From Nemertoderma westbladi (Eukaryota > Animalia > Xenacoelomorpha): a stretch of 64,000 bases of DNA. Below the pieces are notes generated by a model that was not told where the DNA came from, made no database searches, and saw nothing but the letters and a program-made list of their open reading frames with translations. This document shows, in pieces, positions 1 to 13,065 of the stretch (positions are counted from its first letter, which is position 1; every line of letters starts with the position of its first letter). The stretch covers positions 1-64,000 of the forward strand of contig JAUCBJ010000989.1 in the NCBI GenBank assembly GCA_032718475.1. Reading direction: 5' to 3'. The position numbers and the translations under genes are program-made.

Positions 1-1605
1 CATGGTAATTAATAATTGGAGAAGGTGTAATATATATATATATAAACAAATAGATTAACTGATGAAATATTAGGGAAAGCTTTTACTACATACAGTACAA
101 GTGTGTTAGCTTGTTGCTAAGAGTTTGTGTATGGCAACTAAATAAAATAAAATAAAGCTAAAGATTTAGTTTCAAACCTTTTTTAATGGATTTAATTATC
201 GCATTATAAATCTTTATTGCTAATTTCTAGGACTTTAAATAATTTATTTCGACTGATAATCCAGTTCTTCATAAGAGTACACGAGAACTTTAGCTTAAAA
301 GACTAGGCTACGACTTTTATTTTGACAAATTTTATGCGAAAATGGAAATACAGCATTAATTAAACAGAAGTCATTATTGTTAAGTAAAAAAAATATTAAA
401 TTTCAATACTGTAGTGTGAATCGATCGAAAATCTCTCTCAATAGAAACCAAGATAAAAAATTATCAGATCACTGCGTAATGACGTCAAATATGTAGCAGC
501 CAATCACAGCCGATTTTCAAAATTGGCTTCCCGCTCTTACTTAAACCCGCCATTTCGACCGTTTCCTCGTGTTTTTACAAACAAACACACCCCACCACTC
601 GATTCAGGGCACCTTATTACCCCTTATTCATTTTTTTCTAGCCCAACAATTTTTTCGCCCACCAACTCTATTCACCGTATAAAACAAATCATTCACATTT
701 CTTACTTCCTTTTCTACCTAAGTAGGTACATAATATTTCAATTTTCGAATAAAATCAGTTACTTGGATTCTATGGATATTCTTCTTACCTTATTAAATAA
801 AGATCTCAGACAGATCGGAAGTGACAGGCGATTTTTAGTTTGACAGGAGTAATCCATAGATACAATAGCAGGAGTTTGACTGACTGACAGGCATTATACT
901 GTATTATATAATAGATTTCAAATAATTGAATGAGAGCAGACAATGGATTCAAAAGTGCAAAGACGTTGGATTTAGAGATGCAGGAAATTGAACAGATTAT
1001 ATATGATGATTGAAAGGGGATGTTGTTCACATTGGATGGCCTCCTGGAAGGATAATTATTATTCCAAAACAATTGTTCAATTGTTGTATACATTAAGTTG
1101 CAAAGATTCTTTCATTGCTATCCTACTGTAGTAATTATATATCCCGCTATTCCAATTACTGGCAGCTGGATGTATCTGGGCAATAGAATAGCCACAATAT
1201 GTCTAAACCATATGAAATAATAATTACTTACGTGAATAGGCCTATTGTACAGTATATAGCCAAGCTATCGTTCGTTATTTAAGCGAGTTTTAAATTATGA
1301 CAAGTTTTGGTTACTTGTTTTTCTGATATTGTGTAGGGTGCCTACCAGTAAATTAATAAAATGTAGGCCTAAAATAACAAAAAAGGACTTTCATTTTCTT
1401 ACTCGAGTAAAACTTCACCCCACCCCAGAGGAAAATCGACGCAAATAACTCCTGATTATGAATTGAGTACAATGTAACCCGTGCTATTGCCATTCGTTTG
1501 TTGTTTTGGTTAGAAAATCTGCTCTTTCCTTTATTGGAAATTTAACAATATTAATTCGCCTAGAGGGAATATTGAAAAAGAAAAATGCTCTACGTTTTTC
1601 CCCAT

Positions 1606-1684
1606 GTAATAACTATTTACATACTTGTGTGTAATAACTATTTACATACTTGTGTGTAATAACTATTTACATACTTGTGTGTAA
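1606..1684. repeat. 25-bp tandem repeat, about 3 copies (GTAATAACTATTTACATACTTGTGT)
   Basis: Unit starts at 1606, 1631 and 1656, read directly. Confidence 0.9.
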
Positions 1685-2297
1685 AGTAGCACTTTACAGT
1701 GTGATGATCTGAGTGGCTTTGTTACACGAACGAACACTAGTGAGTGAGTGAAAATAAAGCCACGAGGATCAGGACATTGTAAAGTACTTTGCAACAAGTA
1801 TGTATGTAGTTTTATTCCAAAAGTGTAACATTACGAAATGATTGTACATATACATTATAAGTGATAGAAACTGCACAAATTAAATTAGTTGCTGTATAAA
1901 TAAATGTAAAAGTGTCATAAATTATGTTATAAATAAGTTAGCTTATATTTATGGTGGCGTTTGGAGCCATGTTATAATAATATAGCTAGGCCCTACTGGT
2001 TATTAATAGCTATACCCCGCCTACCGGTAGGTAATGCAGTAGGCCTATCTGGCTGTCAGGCAAATTTCCACCTATTGTTTACGTGGTATCCAATGACGGC
2101 GTTAAGTAACGCCCCCTTAGTGGACATTACTTAACGCCGTCATGGTTACCACGTACAGTAAACAATAACACCAAATACAATACTAATTCTACAGGCCAAT
2201 ACAATGCTGTAATGTCCTCTAAAGTTGTAAAGTGCTAAATAACAACTCGCTGTTAATACTAACGGCGTTCAGTAATGTTACTATTTTGGAATAAAAT
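1656..2297. mobile_element. Non-coding element with nested inverted repeats, possibly a non-autonomous Crypton-like or other DNA element
   Basis: IR pair TACATACTTG/CAAGTATGTA; IR pair TTTTATTCCAAAA (~1811) / TTTTGGAATAAAA (~2285); long internal palindrome 2073-2167. Family assignment is inference. Confidence 0.35.
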
Positions 2298-2367
2298 ATT
2301 TTATTCTTAAATTGATACTTTTTTTTGTTGCATAATTCTTTAATTTAAGATAGAACGATATAGTATT

Positions 2368-3270
2368 ACACGTTCGATAGGCCTTCGCGAAGCACCAGCA
2401 CGAGACTCAGCTAATCCGAGCTCGGATAACCCGAGAAAGCTCTTGTTGGCTCTACTACTTTGATAGCTTGCCTACTTGTTCTATTTAAGCAATGCTCATT
2501 CATAGGAAACTCTTACCAAATTTCTGATGAATCTGATGTTTGGTACTATAATTACAGCTACTACGTTTGTGACAATTCGCCCCATAGCTGCAGACCGAGG
2601 AACTATAACAGTCTGTCTTGTGTGTATCTTTTCTAATTGAGCAATGCATGTACTGTAGGTACTCTTTTCAGATAAATCTGATGGTTGTTTCTATAAGCAG
2701 TAGGAGAAACTATACAAGAAAGTGTACTAATCTCTTATTAGATATACGAAAACCGTCATTCCCAAAATATCTATGAGTGATGCTTTCAGTTTTTGTTAAA
2801 CTGGTTATAAAAAAAGTCCATCTCAGTTTGCCCTTACACGCTGTAACTGTCATTTGTAAACCTACTGTACTAACTAGGGCTATTTAAGTTATGTATGACA
2901 TTTTTAGTTTTACAATACGCTTCTCCTTCCTTAGCCTCGTTGCGCTCGTTCTGTTTTGTCTCAAAATAGTTTTCCTAAACGCAGACTGACGACCTTTATA
3001 ACTAGGCAAAGTCTCGAAACTATGCGAATAACTGCTGATTTATGACAGATGGCTTCTCGTATCCACTGCAAACTCGTTGCGTTCTTGCGTTCGTCGTTTT
3101 TTTGACCAAACATCAGATTCTTTCTAAACTTTTGACGGCTACATACGTACCAAGTTTGGTTTAATTTCATCAATGAATAACCGAGTTATTAGAGACAGAC
3201 GACGACGACATACAACTCGTTAATGGTACCCATATGCTAAAGCTATCTTACTTCGTAGCTCGGTCCACAA
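2368..3270. repeat. Diverged copy of the dispersed repeat family also at 41968-43530 and 47471-49057 (HINE/Helentron-like)
   Basis: Shared blocks ACACGTTCG..GGCCTTCGCG..AGCAC, CTGTTTTGTC..TTTCCTAAACGCAGACTGACGA and TTAATGGTACC..GCTAA..ACTTCGT.GCTCG..CCACA. Confidence 0.5.
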
Positions 3271-4113
3271 AATAAATTGAACTGTAGGCAAGCAAAAAAA
3301 CTCCAGATGCTGCCTTACTCAATGTTAAATTCGGGGGAAAAAAAGTACTCCATTTTCTCACGATTCTTGGGGTATATTTCAGCGAAAAAGTATAAATTTA
3401 AGAATATAAATCTTTCCTATCTTGTGAGCACAACTTCGTATATTCAGTATCTTAGTTTTAGAACGCCATGTTAACCACAAATAAGTAAAATTAGATTCGC
3501 CATTGTTCATAATTACCAGTTTAAAGCTTTTACGACCCTCATTTTGTTATTTCAAAATCACAATCACTCATGCCGTAACGCTATAAAGTGCTATTTTATG
3601 AACAATGACGTATATAGCAATACAGCAATTAATTTTGGACCAATAATAATAAAATACTAATATTTTTAGTAAATTTCAATTTGTTATTTTAGATAAACTC
3701 ACTCGCTACCCTAAAAAGCAGTCAGGCAAATATAATGTATTAGTATGAAACTTTACACAAAACAAAATTCGATATTATTAAAAAACAATGTAGTTTTCAG
3801 ATTTGGTTAAAATAATTAAGTAAAATTAAAACCTTGAAACATTTGCGGTTGTTCTAAATACGTAGTGGTATATTTAAAAATTTAACAAATTTTAAAATAA
3901 AACTACAATAATTTTGTTATATTTTTCCTGATTAATATTTGATTTCATTTATTAAATATCAATCTGAAATTGTTTGCGTTTTGATACGTATGAAATCAAT
4001 ATTTTTTACGAATTGTTTTATTTTAGCTTAGAAGAACATCAAAACTGTTTTAACTTTTAAATTTTAGTCATAAAACTTATCCTCATGTCATATTATAGAA
4101 ACAAAAATAGCTA

Positions 4114-5232
4114 TCACGGAAATACGTCCATGTCGCCAAGACAATTTTGCATCCAATAACATTCCCCGCGGAACATTACAACAGAGTAAAAGTTTCCCCC
4201 GAACCAATCAGATCCGTGTTCCTTGTTGCCATAGACAATGGGAGTGTCAGGGAACCCGTGGACAGTGACAACCAACCAGGGAGCGAGGCACTCACTAGAG
4301 TTCAACCAATGGGAACACGAGGCAAGGAAACGGCCCAGTGAATGGCCTGGAAAAAGGCCCAGCCAGCGGGAGTGTACCAGAGAGGCCACCGTGCGACAGG
4401 GTTGAGGAACGGTATAGGAGGAGAGATACCCTCCGTGAGCGGCCTCTAGGGGGCGCTCTACACCCGAACGAAAGGCGGCAACCCATTCCAGGAAGGGTTG
4501 GCGTCCTGAGTTCTGCGGTTCGGGGGACACTCCCCCCTCGGGTTGGGACCATGACACGATCGGGACGTGGACGTTGCGTTGTATCGTTGTAGAGACGCGA
4601 GCTCTATAGGACGCGCGCTTTGGTAGTCCGAGGTAGTCCAATAGGGAGGACAAAGAGGCGGTACCACTACCATCCGCTGAAGGGCGCCACGTCATAACGA
4701 CATCGAATCGCAGATCGAGGTTGGCCAATGAGGAGGCGATACGATCGAAGTGCGATTTCCCGGGTACGAAGAGTGGCGATTTCAAATCGATTCGAACTAA
4801 CCATTTAAGTTTCGGGCAGGATTTTTTATTGATAACTAATCGAGTTTGTTTACCTACTATTCCGAGGCGCTCGTAAGTAGACTTTACTAGGGAGAGAACT
4901 AGTTCTCCTGTTGGCAATATCGCCATGCAGTCCGTACACTGCCACACGGTGTCCATGGAAACAGCACTGATAGATCCACTACGAATAAACTTATCCAAGA
5001 ATTTACTCTCGACAAACATCGCGACCGGCAGATCTTTGACGTAAACAAATTGTTCGTCGGTGAGTTTCACATCCGATTCGATGCGGTTGGGGATTTCGGT
5101 GATTCCGGGAATCAATAGTTCCACTGAGTGCGATACGTGGTGTTCGCGGACTTTCTTTAAACACCGCGCGGAGAAATCGCAGCCGGAGAACGTTTCGAAT
5201 ACAACGTTTACCTTCGGACATGGAAGGTCCAT
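4114..5232 (-). CDS. RPP40: Ribonuclease P/MRP protein subunit p40, intronless, 372 aa
   Basis: Motifs AILPTGELVLSLVKSTYERLGIVGK and PWLVVTVHGFPDTPIVYGNKEHG match the Ribonuc_P_40 family; length as expected. Confidence 0.9.
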   Translation of the reverse strand: MDLPCPKVNVVFETFSGCDFSARCLKKVREHHVSHSVELLIPGITEIPNRIESDVKLTDEQFVYVKDLPVAMFVESKFLDKFIRSGSISAVSMDTVWQCTDCMAILPTGELVLSLVKSTYERLGIVGKQTRLVINKKSCPKLKWLVRIDLKSPLFVPGKSHFDRIASSLANLDLRFDVVMTWRPSADGSGTASLSSLLDYLGLPKRASYRARVSTTIQRNVHVPIVSWSQPEGGVSPEPQNSGRQPFLEWVAAFRSGVERPLEAAHGGYLSSYTVPQPCRTVASLVHSRWLGLFPGHSLGRFLASCSHWLNSSECLAPWLVVTVHGFPDTPIVYGNKEHGSDWFGGNFYSVVMFRGECYWMQNCLGDMDVFP

Positions 5233-5914
5233 AGTGAAGTGATGTAGTGTTAACCTGTTAACACTTCACGTTCTACTACGTAGGCTAGCCTACCACACCA
5301 CAATCAAAAACTGCAAACGGAAAACACAAAATTACAGTAGTGCATTTGGCAGCATAGGCTAATGATCGGTAGTGCTGGTGGTAGGCTGAACTGTAAGACT
5401 GTGAACTGCCAGTGTTCCTTTACAAACAAAAGTGTTTAGGTGTTGCAGTCCGTCATTGACGTAAAGCATATTTAAGCTACGGTAAAACTTCTCCCCAGCT
5501 CCAGCCCCAGCACAATTTTTGACATTACCTCACTGCAGCACTGTCTCAGTATTTGGGAAAAAAATGAGCATATTGCGAAATTTTTCAAATGTATCTGTAG
5601 ACTAGCAGACTAGACCATCAGCTGATCAGTCTAGCTGCTGACGCTGAGCTGCGTAACAGTACAGCAGTAGGCCTACAGGCTACAGCTAGAGCTAGCAAAT
5701 AAGCAAACTAGGTTTTTTAGCACGTAATTTTTTTAGGTTTTCTAAAATCACCTACTTTTGAAAATTTAGTGACAAAATACCGGTAGGTTTTTTATTTTAG
5801 GTTTTTTTTAATTAGCCTAGGCCTAGTGCAGTAGTGATGTGACTGATTGACAATAATACTGTAATAGCTAATAGCTGTTTGAATTGAAGTTCTTTGTTTC
5901 TTAAACTCTACATA

Positions 5915-7330
5915 GAGTCATTCCAGCCAAAATCGACAAATGTCGGTGGCACTATCTCTGAGATTTGGTTCAAAATTATTTTATATGTTGCAAATAATGT
6001 TAATATAAATCGCTGAAAATTTTAGTTGATTTTAATTATTAGATCAGAAGTTATGGCTGGTCAAAGTTGGCAATTCCAGAAATTCAGACCAAATTAAATT
6101 CAAATTATTTATGGTCTACATGCCGGGACATTGCTAAAAACAAGTTTATAGTAAACATGGATAGCATTTTAAATAGTATACAAAGAATTATGACTTGCCC
6201 AATTTGTAGACCAAGAATTAAAGCACTTTGAATTTGGTAAAAAATTAGTGAAAATTTCAAAATAAGACAAATTTAAAACCTTAATTTAAACAGCCCACAT
6301 CGAAATAAAATAAAAACAATGGTTTGAATTTATAATTTAACGTGTCATTTGTACTTCTAGTCAGTTCTTTTTTCTAAAACAGAAAAAAATGTTGTTGCTA
6401 GTTCAGTTTAAAAAGTACGAAATCAGCGAAAATTACAAAAATTAAAAATGGTCTACAAAATATTTAAGCGTTGAAAAACTCAAAACTAACTCCTTATACA
6501 AATATAAAATAATCCTGAAAATTTGAAGTTTGGCCCATTATTAGTTCTTTTGTAATTTAAGAATTAATTTTAGCAGAAACTAACCGAATTTAATATCTTA
6601 AGTTATCTTTGTAAGACTTGTGGTTTGTCGGCATGTTGCAGCTCAAAGGTAACTGCGGCTAGTGATTGGCAGGGACTAACAACAGCGGGATGCCTATAGG
6701 GTAGGTATAGTAGAGCTGCCGACTCTCTCTCTATGCAGAGTAGGCCAACTCAAGTAATATGGGTGAATGGTGGTATGGCTTTCCTCAATGGGACATAGAC
6801 CAAGTCCTGGTTTAGCTTGGTCATCCTATGTTTACATTTCATATTTATTATAACAAATTAATGAAAGGAAGGCTTTTTAACTCATTTCTGGTCATGCTTA
6901 CATGTTTGTAACTTTATTTCGGAAATTTATGTACAGTCAATAAAGAATAAAGTGAAATACTAAAGTAAATAAATACTAGTGAATAAAGACTATTATTAGA
7001 AGAATTAATACATAATAAATTAACTTTAGAAACATATAGTCATATGTAACACAGCATTATTACAGTTCACTAAATTGGAATTGACCACGCTTTCCAATAG
7101 GGCAAGGTTCCTTGAGGACCATTAAAATATCTTCACATAGATATTTTAATGTGTCATCATGATTTGGCCAGCGGTAATACCACGGTCCACTCCGAATCAT
7201 TGTTGTCACTTTCATGTGGGTGCTGTCGGTTTCCAGCACTTTCCCGGGGTAGTTCTCGTCGTCATATTTCACCAAAACCCACTGACCGGTCGACACGGTT
7301 AAACAACCAGTTCCAGTTGTCCACTCCAGC
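5915..7330 (-). mobile_element. Remnant of a DNA transposon: 3' end with a transposase-type C-terminal fragment
   Basis: ORF 7060-7330 encodes GQWVLVKYDDENYPGKV...YRWPNHDD...EP, a Tudor-like tail seen in invertebrate transposon proteins; candidate terminus GAGTCATTCC at 5915. Superfamily uncertain. Confidence 0.35.
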
Positions 7331-8414
7331 AGATGCCGTGGTTCTTTTAACTGTTTAAGTATATTTAACTGCTGGTTATTTGTTATACAAGTACTTGTAC
7401 CTAATTTAGGGTTTAGTGTACAGTGCTTTCCGAAAGTAATTAGTGTGTAGGCAGTATATTTGTGTTGCAAATTGGTTAATAGGCACGTTAGTTCTGGTAG
7501 ACTGCGGTAATTAACCTCTAGGTAGGAACACTCCGTGAAACATAACGTAGTACTTATAGCGATACGGCTATAAGTCGTCAGACGGTGGCATTTTTCCTAT
7601 CTGGACAACGCAGTATATTTACTACTGCTAAATTATTCTCAAATACGGTAGTATCCTGGCCGTTGTAATAACCAGAAGTTCTAACCCTTTGTTAGGCTGG
7701 TTAGTAGTTTCCTGTAAAATTAACCCTAAAAATTCTTACGTGTAAATTTTTTGTGTTTATTTAGAGATTGTAATCTTCCCTTATATTGTACGTAATTCGT
7801 AGATAAGTAACTTAGGCCAGTAGAATTATTTGTTTTAGTGTCCAATAAGTAGCACTTCACTGAGAGCGCACAGCTTCTGTGTAGTGATTGCTTTCCAGAA
7901 ATAGTAACATCTATTTCAATATTGTAACAAAACCCCTCATACGGGTATATATATATTATAAATCAACTCAAAGGTTTATAAACTAGAAGGCCTGTCATAC
8001 AACAATTAGGTCTTAATATCAGTTGGACTACTGCTTAAATAACGGTAATAAAGTAAAGTAAAGTAACCAAGTAACCCCTAAATTTCAGAAATTCAATTAT
8101 TCTAAAATAATTGACATACCGGTATCTATAATAGGCTTATTATATATTTGTATATATTTGCGCTGAAATTATATACCGGTATTCTGTGATAAACCTAGTC
8201 TGCAATACTTATATATACTGTAAGTGTATACCGGTATCCTAATATATTGTAATTAATTACCGGTACTAGGTCAACAGTCATACTGAATTACTAGACTTGC
8301 TTTAACTGTAACTATAGCAGTAGGCATTCAACTGTATAAACAAATATGTCTGACACAAAGTAAAACCTGTCAGACAGTCTAATCTATACAACCATTTGTG
8401 ACCCAGATAGGAGT

Positions 8415-11282
8415 GTGGAACGTTTAAGACCTAAGTTCAGCTCACCTCCTACTGTAAGAAACGTCATCCCTCCAGTAGTAGTATCAGACCCTAGGCTAAT
8501 CCAACACCGTAGGTCTATCATCGGCACTCGGGCCCAGGTCAAGCGGAATCAAGAAGCAGCTGTTCAACAGCAGCAACATCCTAGCCAAGAACTTAGTTCT
8601 CAGCGGCCCGATAGCTCCAGTAGTTTGGATACTGTAGAGCTGACACCCGAACGTGGAGCAAAGATAGCGGATACGGTTTATTCGGATCCCCTTCTCACTC
8701 TTCCTGCAGCAGTACTAACTACGGTATTGATTGCGGTGGAGGAACACCAAGTCAATTGGGCGAGAAGTAAGCGATCGACCCAAGACAGTTATGCGGGATA
8801 CGCAAGGGAAGAATTGATGTCTATTGTCGAGTTGCAATGGAACTTTCCCGGACCCGGATTCCCTTTAGACTTATCCGAAGCTACCTGGGAAGACATACAC
8901 AGGATGGGAGTGACTAAAGATACAATGGATCCAGCTGTTTGGAAGAGGTCGGCAGCAGGATATGTGCAGGGATTCTTCGGCTCTTTAGAGCGATTAGAGG
9001 AACAACTGTTTCGACAACCCCAAGGACCTCAAGAGCAGGAAGAGCTGCTTTATCAAGTACGCGAAAGAACTCTACGCATTAGACTAATCCTATTGGCCTT
9101 TGAGGAAGCTTCCAAAAGAAGACAGGACACGTCGTTGCAAGTTGCTGTCAAGACTTGGTTCCAGCGGGTAGGTCTCAAGGTTCAAGAAATGGCCCAGTGG
9201 AAATTTCAGCTGGCTGAGCGACCAACCTATGAAGAATCAACCGATGCCACCTTTTCTCAAGTGGAAAGCGAAGTGACAGCAGAGAGACCGCGAACGAGAG
9301 ACGCTATCGACATCTATCTGTCAGACTATCAACGATTCTTAGGTGACGAAGAGTTGAGGAGAAGGCTGTCTGGACTTAATAGTGAAGGAGCCAAGCTTGT
9401 GTTGGACTCAATTGATGCGGAAATGTTAGCTGCAAACCAAGCTAAATTTGATGAACGCCTCCGCATAGCTAGAGTCCAAGAAGAACAAGTAAAGAAAAAA
9501 CGAATAGAAGACAGAAAGACAGCAGTAGTAGCAGTAGCAGCGGCAATGGCAACGGCAGAAGCGGAAAGAAAGGCGGCAGTAGCAGTGGCAGCAGCCGAAG
9601 CGGAAGGAAAGGCGGCAGTAGCAGTGGCAGCGGCCGAAGCGGAAAGAAAGGCGGCAGTAGCAGCGGCAGCGGCCGAAGCGGAAAGAAAAGCAGCAGTAGC
9701 AGAGGCAGTGGCAGAAGCAGAACGGAGAGCGTCTGAAGAGACCACCCAACTGGAGTTGGAAAATCTTCAAGAGACGCAAGACTGCATAAATAAACAGTTA
9801 ACAGATAGTCAAATGCAGATGATGAGTCGATCTACTCCCAAACGCCAAGGATATACATCATCTGAGGAAGGCGATACCACCGATCCTGAAGGCGGAGGAA
9901 ATAGATTTCGTCTCAGTAGGCGGAGAAGAACATCTCACCGTCAAAAATTGCCTGATTTGCCTCCAGCTGTTAGAAGACAACTAGCTAGCACAGACTTAGG
10001 TAGTACAGAACCCACAGACCTAAATATTACTGTAAAAAGACTCCCTACTATAGTAGATGAGCCTGAAATAATTAGGCCTGTTCTCGAAGCCACCCCTTCG
10101 GTGAGAGAGACCCCTGTACTCCCCGAACCTTCCACCAAATTCCCTTTGCACAGTACTAAACTGCCTGTACCCGGTAGGACAGCCCAAGAGAAAATCCCGG
10201 TCCTGGACGCCGAGAGAGAAATCCAAGATTTGTCTCCCGTCGTCCCGCGTCTGCCCGCTACTACGTTGGCGACTCCCGCTTCGGCGGTCGAGTGGGTAGA
10301 TGAGGGACGGCGAGAGATGGGTCTCTTGCTCGGGCAGCTGAGAGAACACAGAGAATGTTCCTCCCGTCAGGTCCGAGATTTAGAAGGGACTGTCCACCAA
10401 CTCAAGGGAACCGTAAGGGAAAGTAGGTTAGAGTTGCAAGAAGTGCAGCAAAGTATTGCGCTGGAACGCGACAAATTAGTCAACATACAAAAGGGTATAC
10501 CAACACACCCTGTAACTATGTGTCAACCCGTTAGGTCTGAAGTATTTCATGCGCAAGGTGTGGAGCCTACACGCATCTATACTGCTAGTGAAGTAGAAAC
10601 TCCTATAATAAACCCTATTAAGGGTGATTATAAACCTGTTGGTAATGATATTCCCTATAGACCTGATAATAATCCGAGAAATTTATATACCGATAATTCG
10701 ATATTAAATAACACGATGGCCCAAGAAAGCTTTACGCGTCAGATGGCTAGAACAGAAGCCCGCCAATCGGTCAAAGTGGGAGAGATCATCAAATTCAATG
10801 GAGATGAGATGAAATGGTTACCTTTTAACGAATATTACAAAGATAACATACAGAACTCTGTATTATCTAACGGAGAGAAGCTTAGATTCCTCATCGAGTG
10901 TTTGGAAGGACCTCCCAAGTTAATGGCGTTAAAGTTTATTGGACATCCAGATGGATTAAGACAAGTTTGGGATACATTAAACATCAGGTATGGTAATAGG
11001 ACTAACATAGCTAAGTATTTGTATGCAAAATTAGTAGCCCCCCGAAAGTTCATTAGTAGCGGGATTATAGAGTTTTCCGATGAGATTCAGGAGGTCTGTA
11101 GACAATTGGATTGGCTAGGTAAGTCTCATGAATATCAGAGTTCCATGGTTATTGGAGCCGTAGCCTCTACTTTGCCAAAGGGTGGAGTAGGTACACGCTG
11201 GGATAAGAAAGTGTTGTATATGATGGAGCAACAACGACGAGACCCTACCATGGCTGATCTCATGTCATTCTTAGATGGATAA
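8415..11282 (+). pseudogene. BEL/Pao Gag N-terminal part (Ala/Glu-rich coiled-coil repeats, DUF1759-like capsid region), premature stop
   Basis: KFNGDEMKWLPF...LSNGEKLRFLIECLEG...LNIRYG is the typical BEL Gag motif; TAA at 11280 replaces Glu (LDGEVK in copy B). Confidence 0.88.
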
Positions 11283-13065
11283 GTAAAATTACAACTCCTA
11301 AAGCAGTCCAGAGAGAAAACACTGGAAAATAAGGTAAGTGAGAAACCCGTTTCTAGGAGAAAAATAATACCAGTGTGTGTCATCTTATACAGATGAGGGC
11401 GAAAGCCAGACCTCCCATGAGGAGAACAGCGGGAAAGACACAGCAAGATCTTACTATGACCACAAAACCCCTAAAGACGTAAGTAAATTCAAGTCTCGAA
11501 CCAATGACAGGAGAGAACAGGTTACCAAAACTCCTCCTACGTCTCCTAACAGAATTCACGGAAGAAAGCCCGAGGAAAGAACGAGAGTGCATAACGTTAC
11601 CCAAGGTAAGGTGAGTAACATCAAACCAAAATGTGCGCTGTGCGACGGGCCCCACCGTTTGAGTGTGTGTGCTGAATTCCCAAAGAAATCATTAAAGGAT
11701 CGACGTGAAGTCATGTGGGATAAGCGGTTCTGTTATAATTGTCTCAGACGCGGACACCAACGGCGAACCTGTTACTCTGAAGCAAGGTGTGCTAAGTGCG
11801 GCGCGAAACATCATATCTTGTTGCACACGGAATTCGAACAAAACAGCCCGAGTCAGGTAAGTGAGCCCGAATTACATGTCCAATTCAGTGATGTGAATGA
11901 CACTGACCAAAGTTCTGAGATGGAAGGATTCTATACGGACGAATTCTCCGACGAAAACGAATCCTGTTACCTAATAAATACCGCAGTGTATCAAGCACTT
12001 ACGTACGATAAGGAAACCGACAAAGAGCTCCCCTTAACTACTCCTGACCGACAACCGTCTTGGAAATCACCAACTTCCAACGTAGGAATCCAAGAATTTC
12101 CCGTAGTGCAGTTGAGAGTCCACGGCGTAAACAAGAGTTATATAGTGAACGCCCTACTTGACTCCGGCAGCACAGGAACATTCATCGACAAAGAACTAGC
12201 CGAGGACATCTTTGCTGGACAACCCAAGTTCCGAACCAAGTTAAACATGTCAGGAAATATGCAGGTTTGGAAATCTACAGTAATTGCAGATTACTATGTA
12301 GGTGCGTTGCCCACCCCCCAGGATAAACTAGGAGAACACAGTATAAGGTCAGTAAAAATGGTGGCGATAAAGAACTTCTCTACCAGCCAAGTGGAACCTT
12401 ATAACTGGGACGAGGACGATTGCGCCCAGCAGCTTAAGATACCTCGATTTAACACAGACTATCCTGGAGTACAAATACTCATCGGCCAAAATGCGCATGA
12501 GGCGCTGGAGACCTTGGAGAAACGGCCTGCTCAACCGCAACCACTACAAACCTATGCGGGAAGAACTAGAGTAGGTTGGTACTTCACTGGCCCTTCCCGA
12601 AGAACTCTTATAGAAAGGTTACCCAAAGAACGGGTCTACCAAGTAAGTGAATGGGAAGAGGAGAGCAGTGAGGTGGACGACCCAACTGAGGGAACACCAT
12701 ACTCCTCAGATAATGACGATATTAACTCCAATGTAGATCAATGGAGACATTGTTTTGGGACAATTAATCCAGCCGACATCGCTTCCAGAGGAGCAACTCC
12801 TCAAGAACTGATAGATACTCCAGGCTGGTTAGGTGGATCCGACTTCTTAAGTAAAGAAGAAGAAGAATGGCCTCCGCATCTTACCACGGCGGAGATTAGA
12901 CAGGTCAAGGGAGCGGAGAAAGTAACACAACAACTCAATCGCCCAGCTGGTCATTTATGTTTACTGGAAAGAGACCGAAAACTGTCCGGAAACAATGGAA
13001 GGCAAGATACTCTTCTTACGACCACTTCCCTAATCCGACAAATATCTAGGGACTCCATAACATAA
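11283..13065 (+). pseudogene. BEL/Pao Gag zinc knuckles plus aspartic protease, fused to short RNase H and integrase tails; RT and integrase core deleted
   Basis: Three CCHC-type knuckles (CALC..H..C, CYNC..GH..C, CAKC..HH..LH), protease ALLDSGS, then WRHC..NPADIASRG and LNRPAGHLCLLE. Comparison with B shows two deletions of about 1.7 kb each; frameshift near 11375. Confidence 0.88.

Noticed and set aside
523-1230. Short ORFs 523-843 and 806-1093
   Set aside because: AT-rich, no recognisable motifs; could be decayed coding or repeat sequence but cannot be supported.
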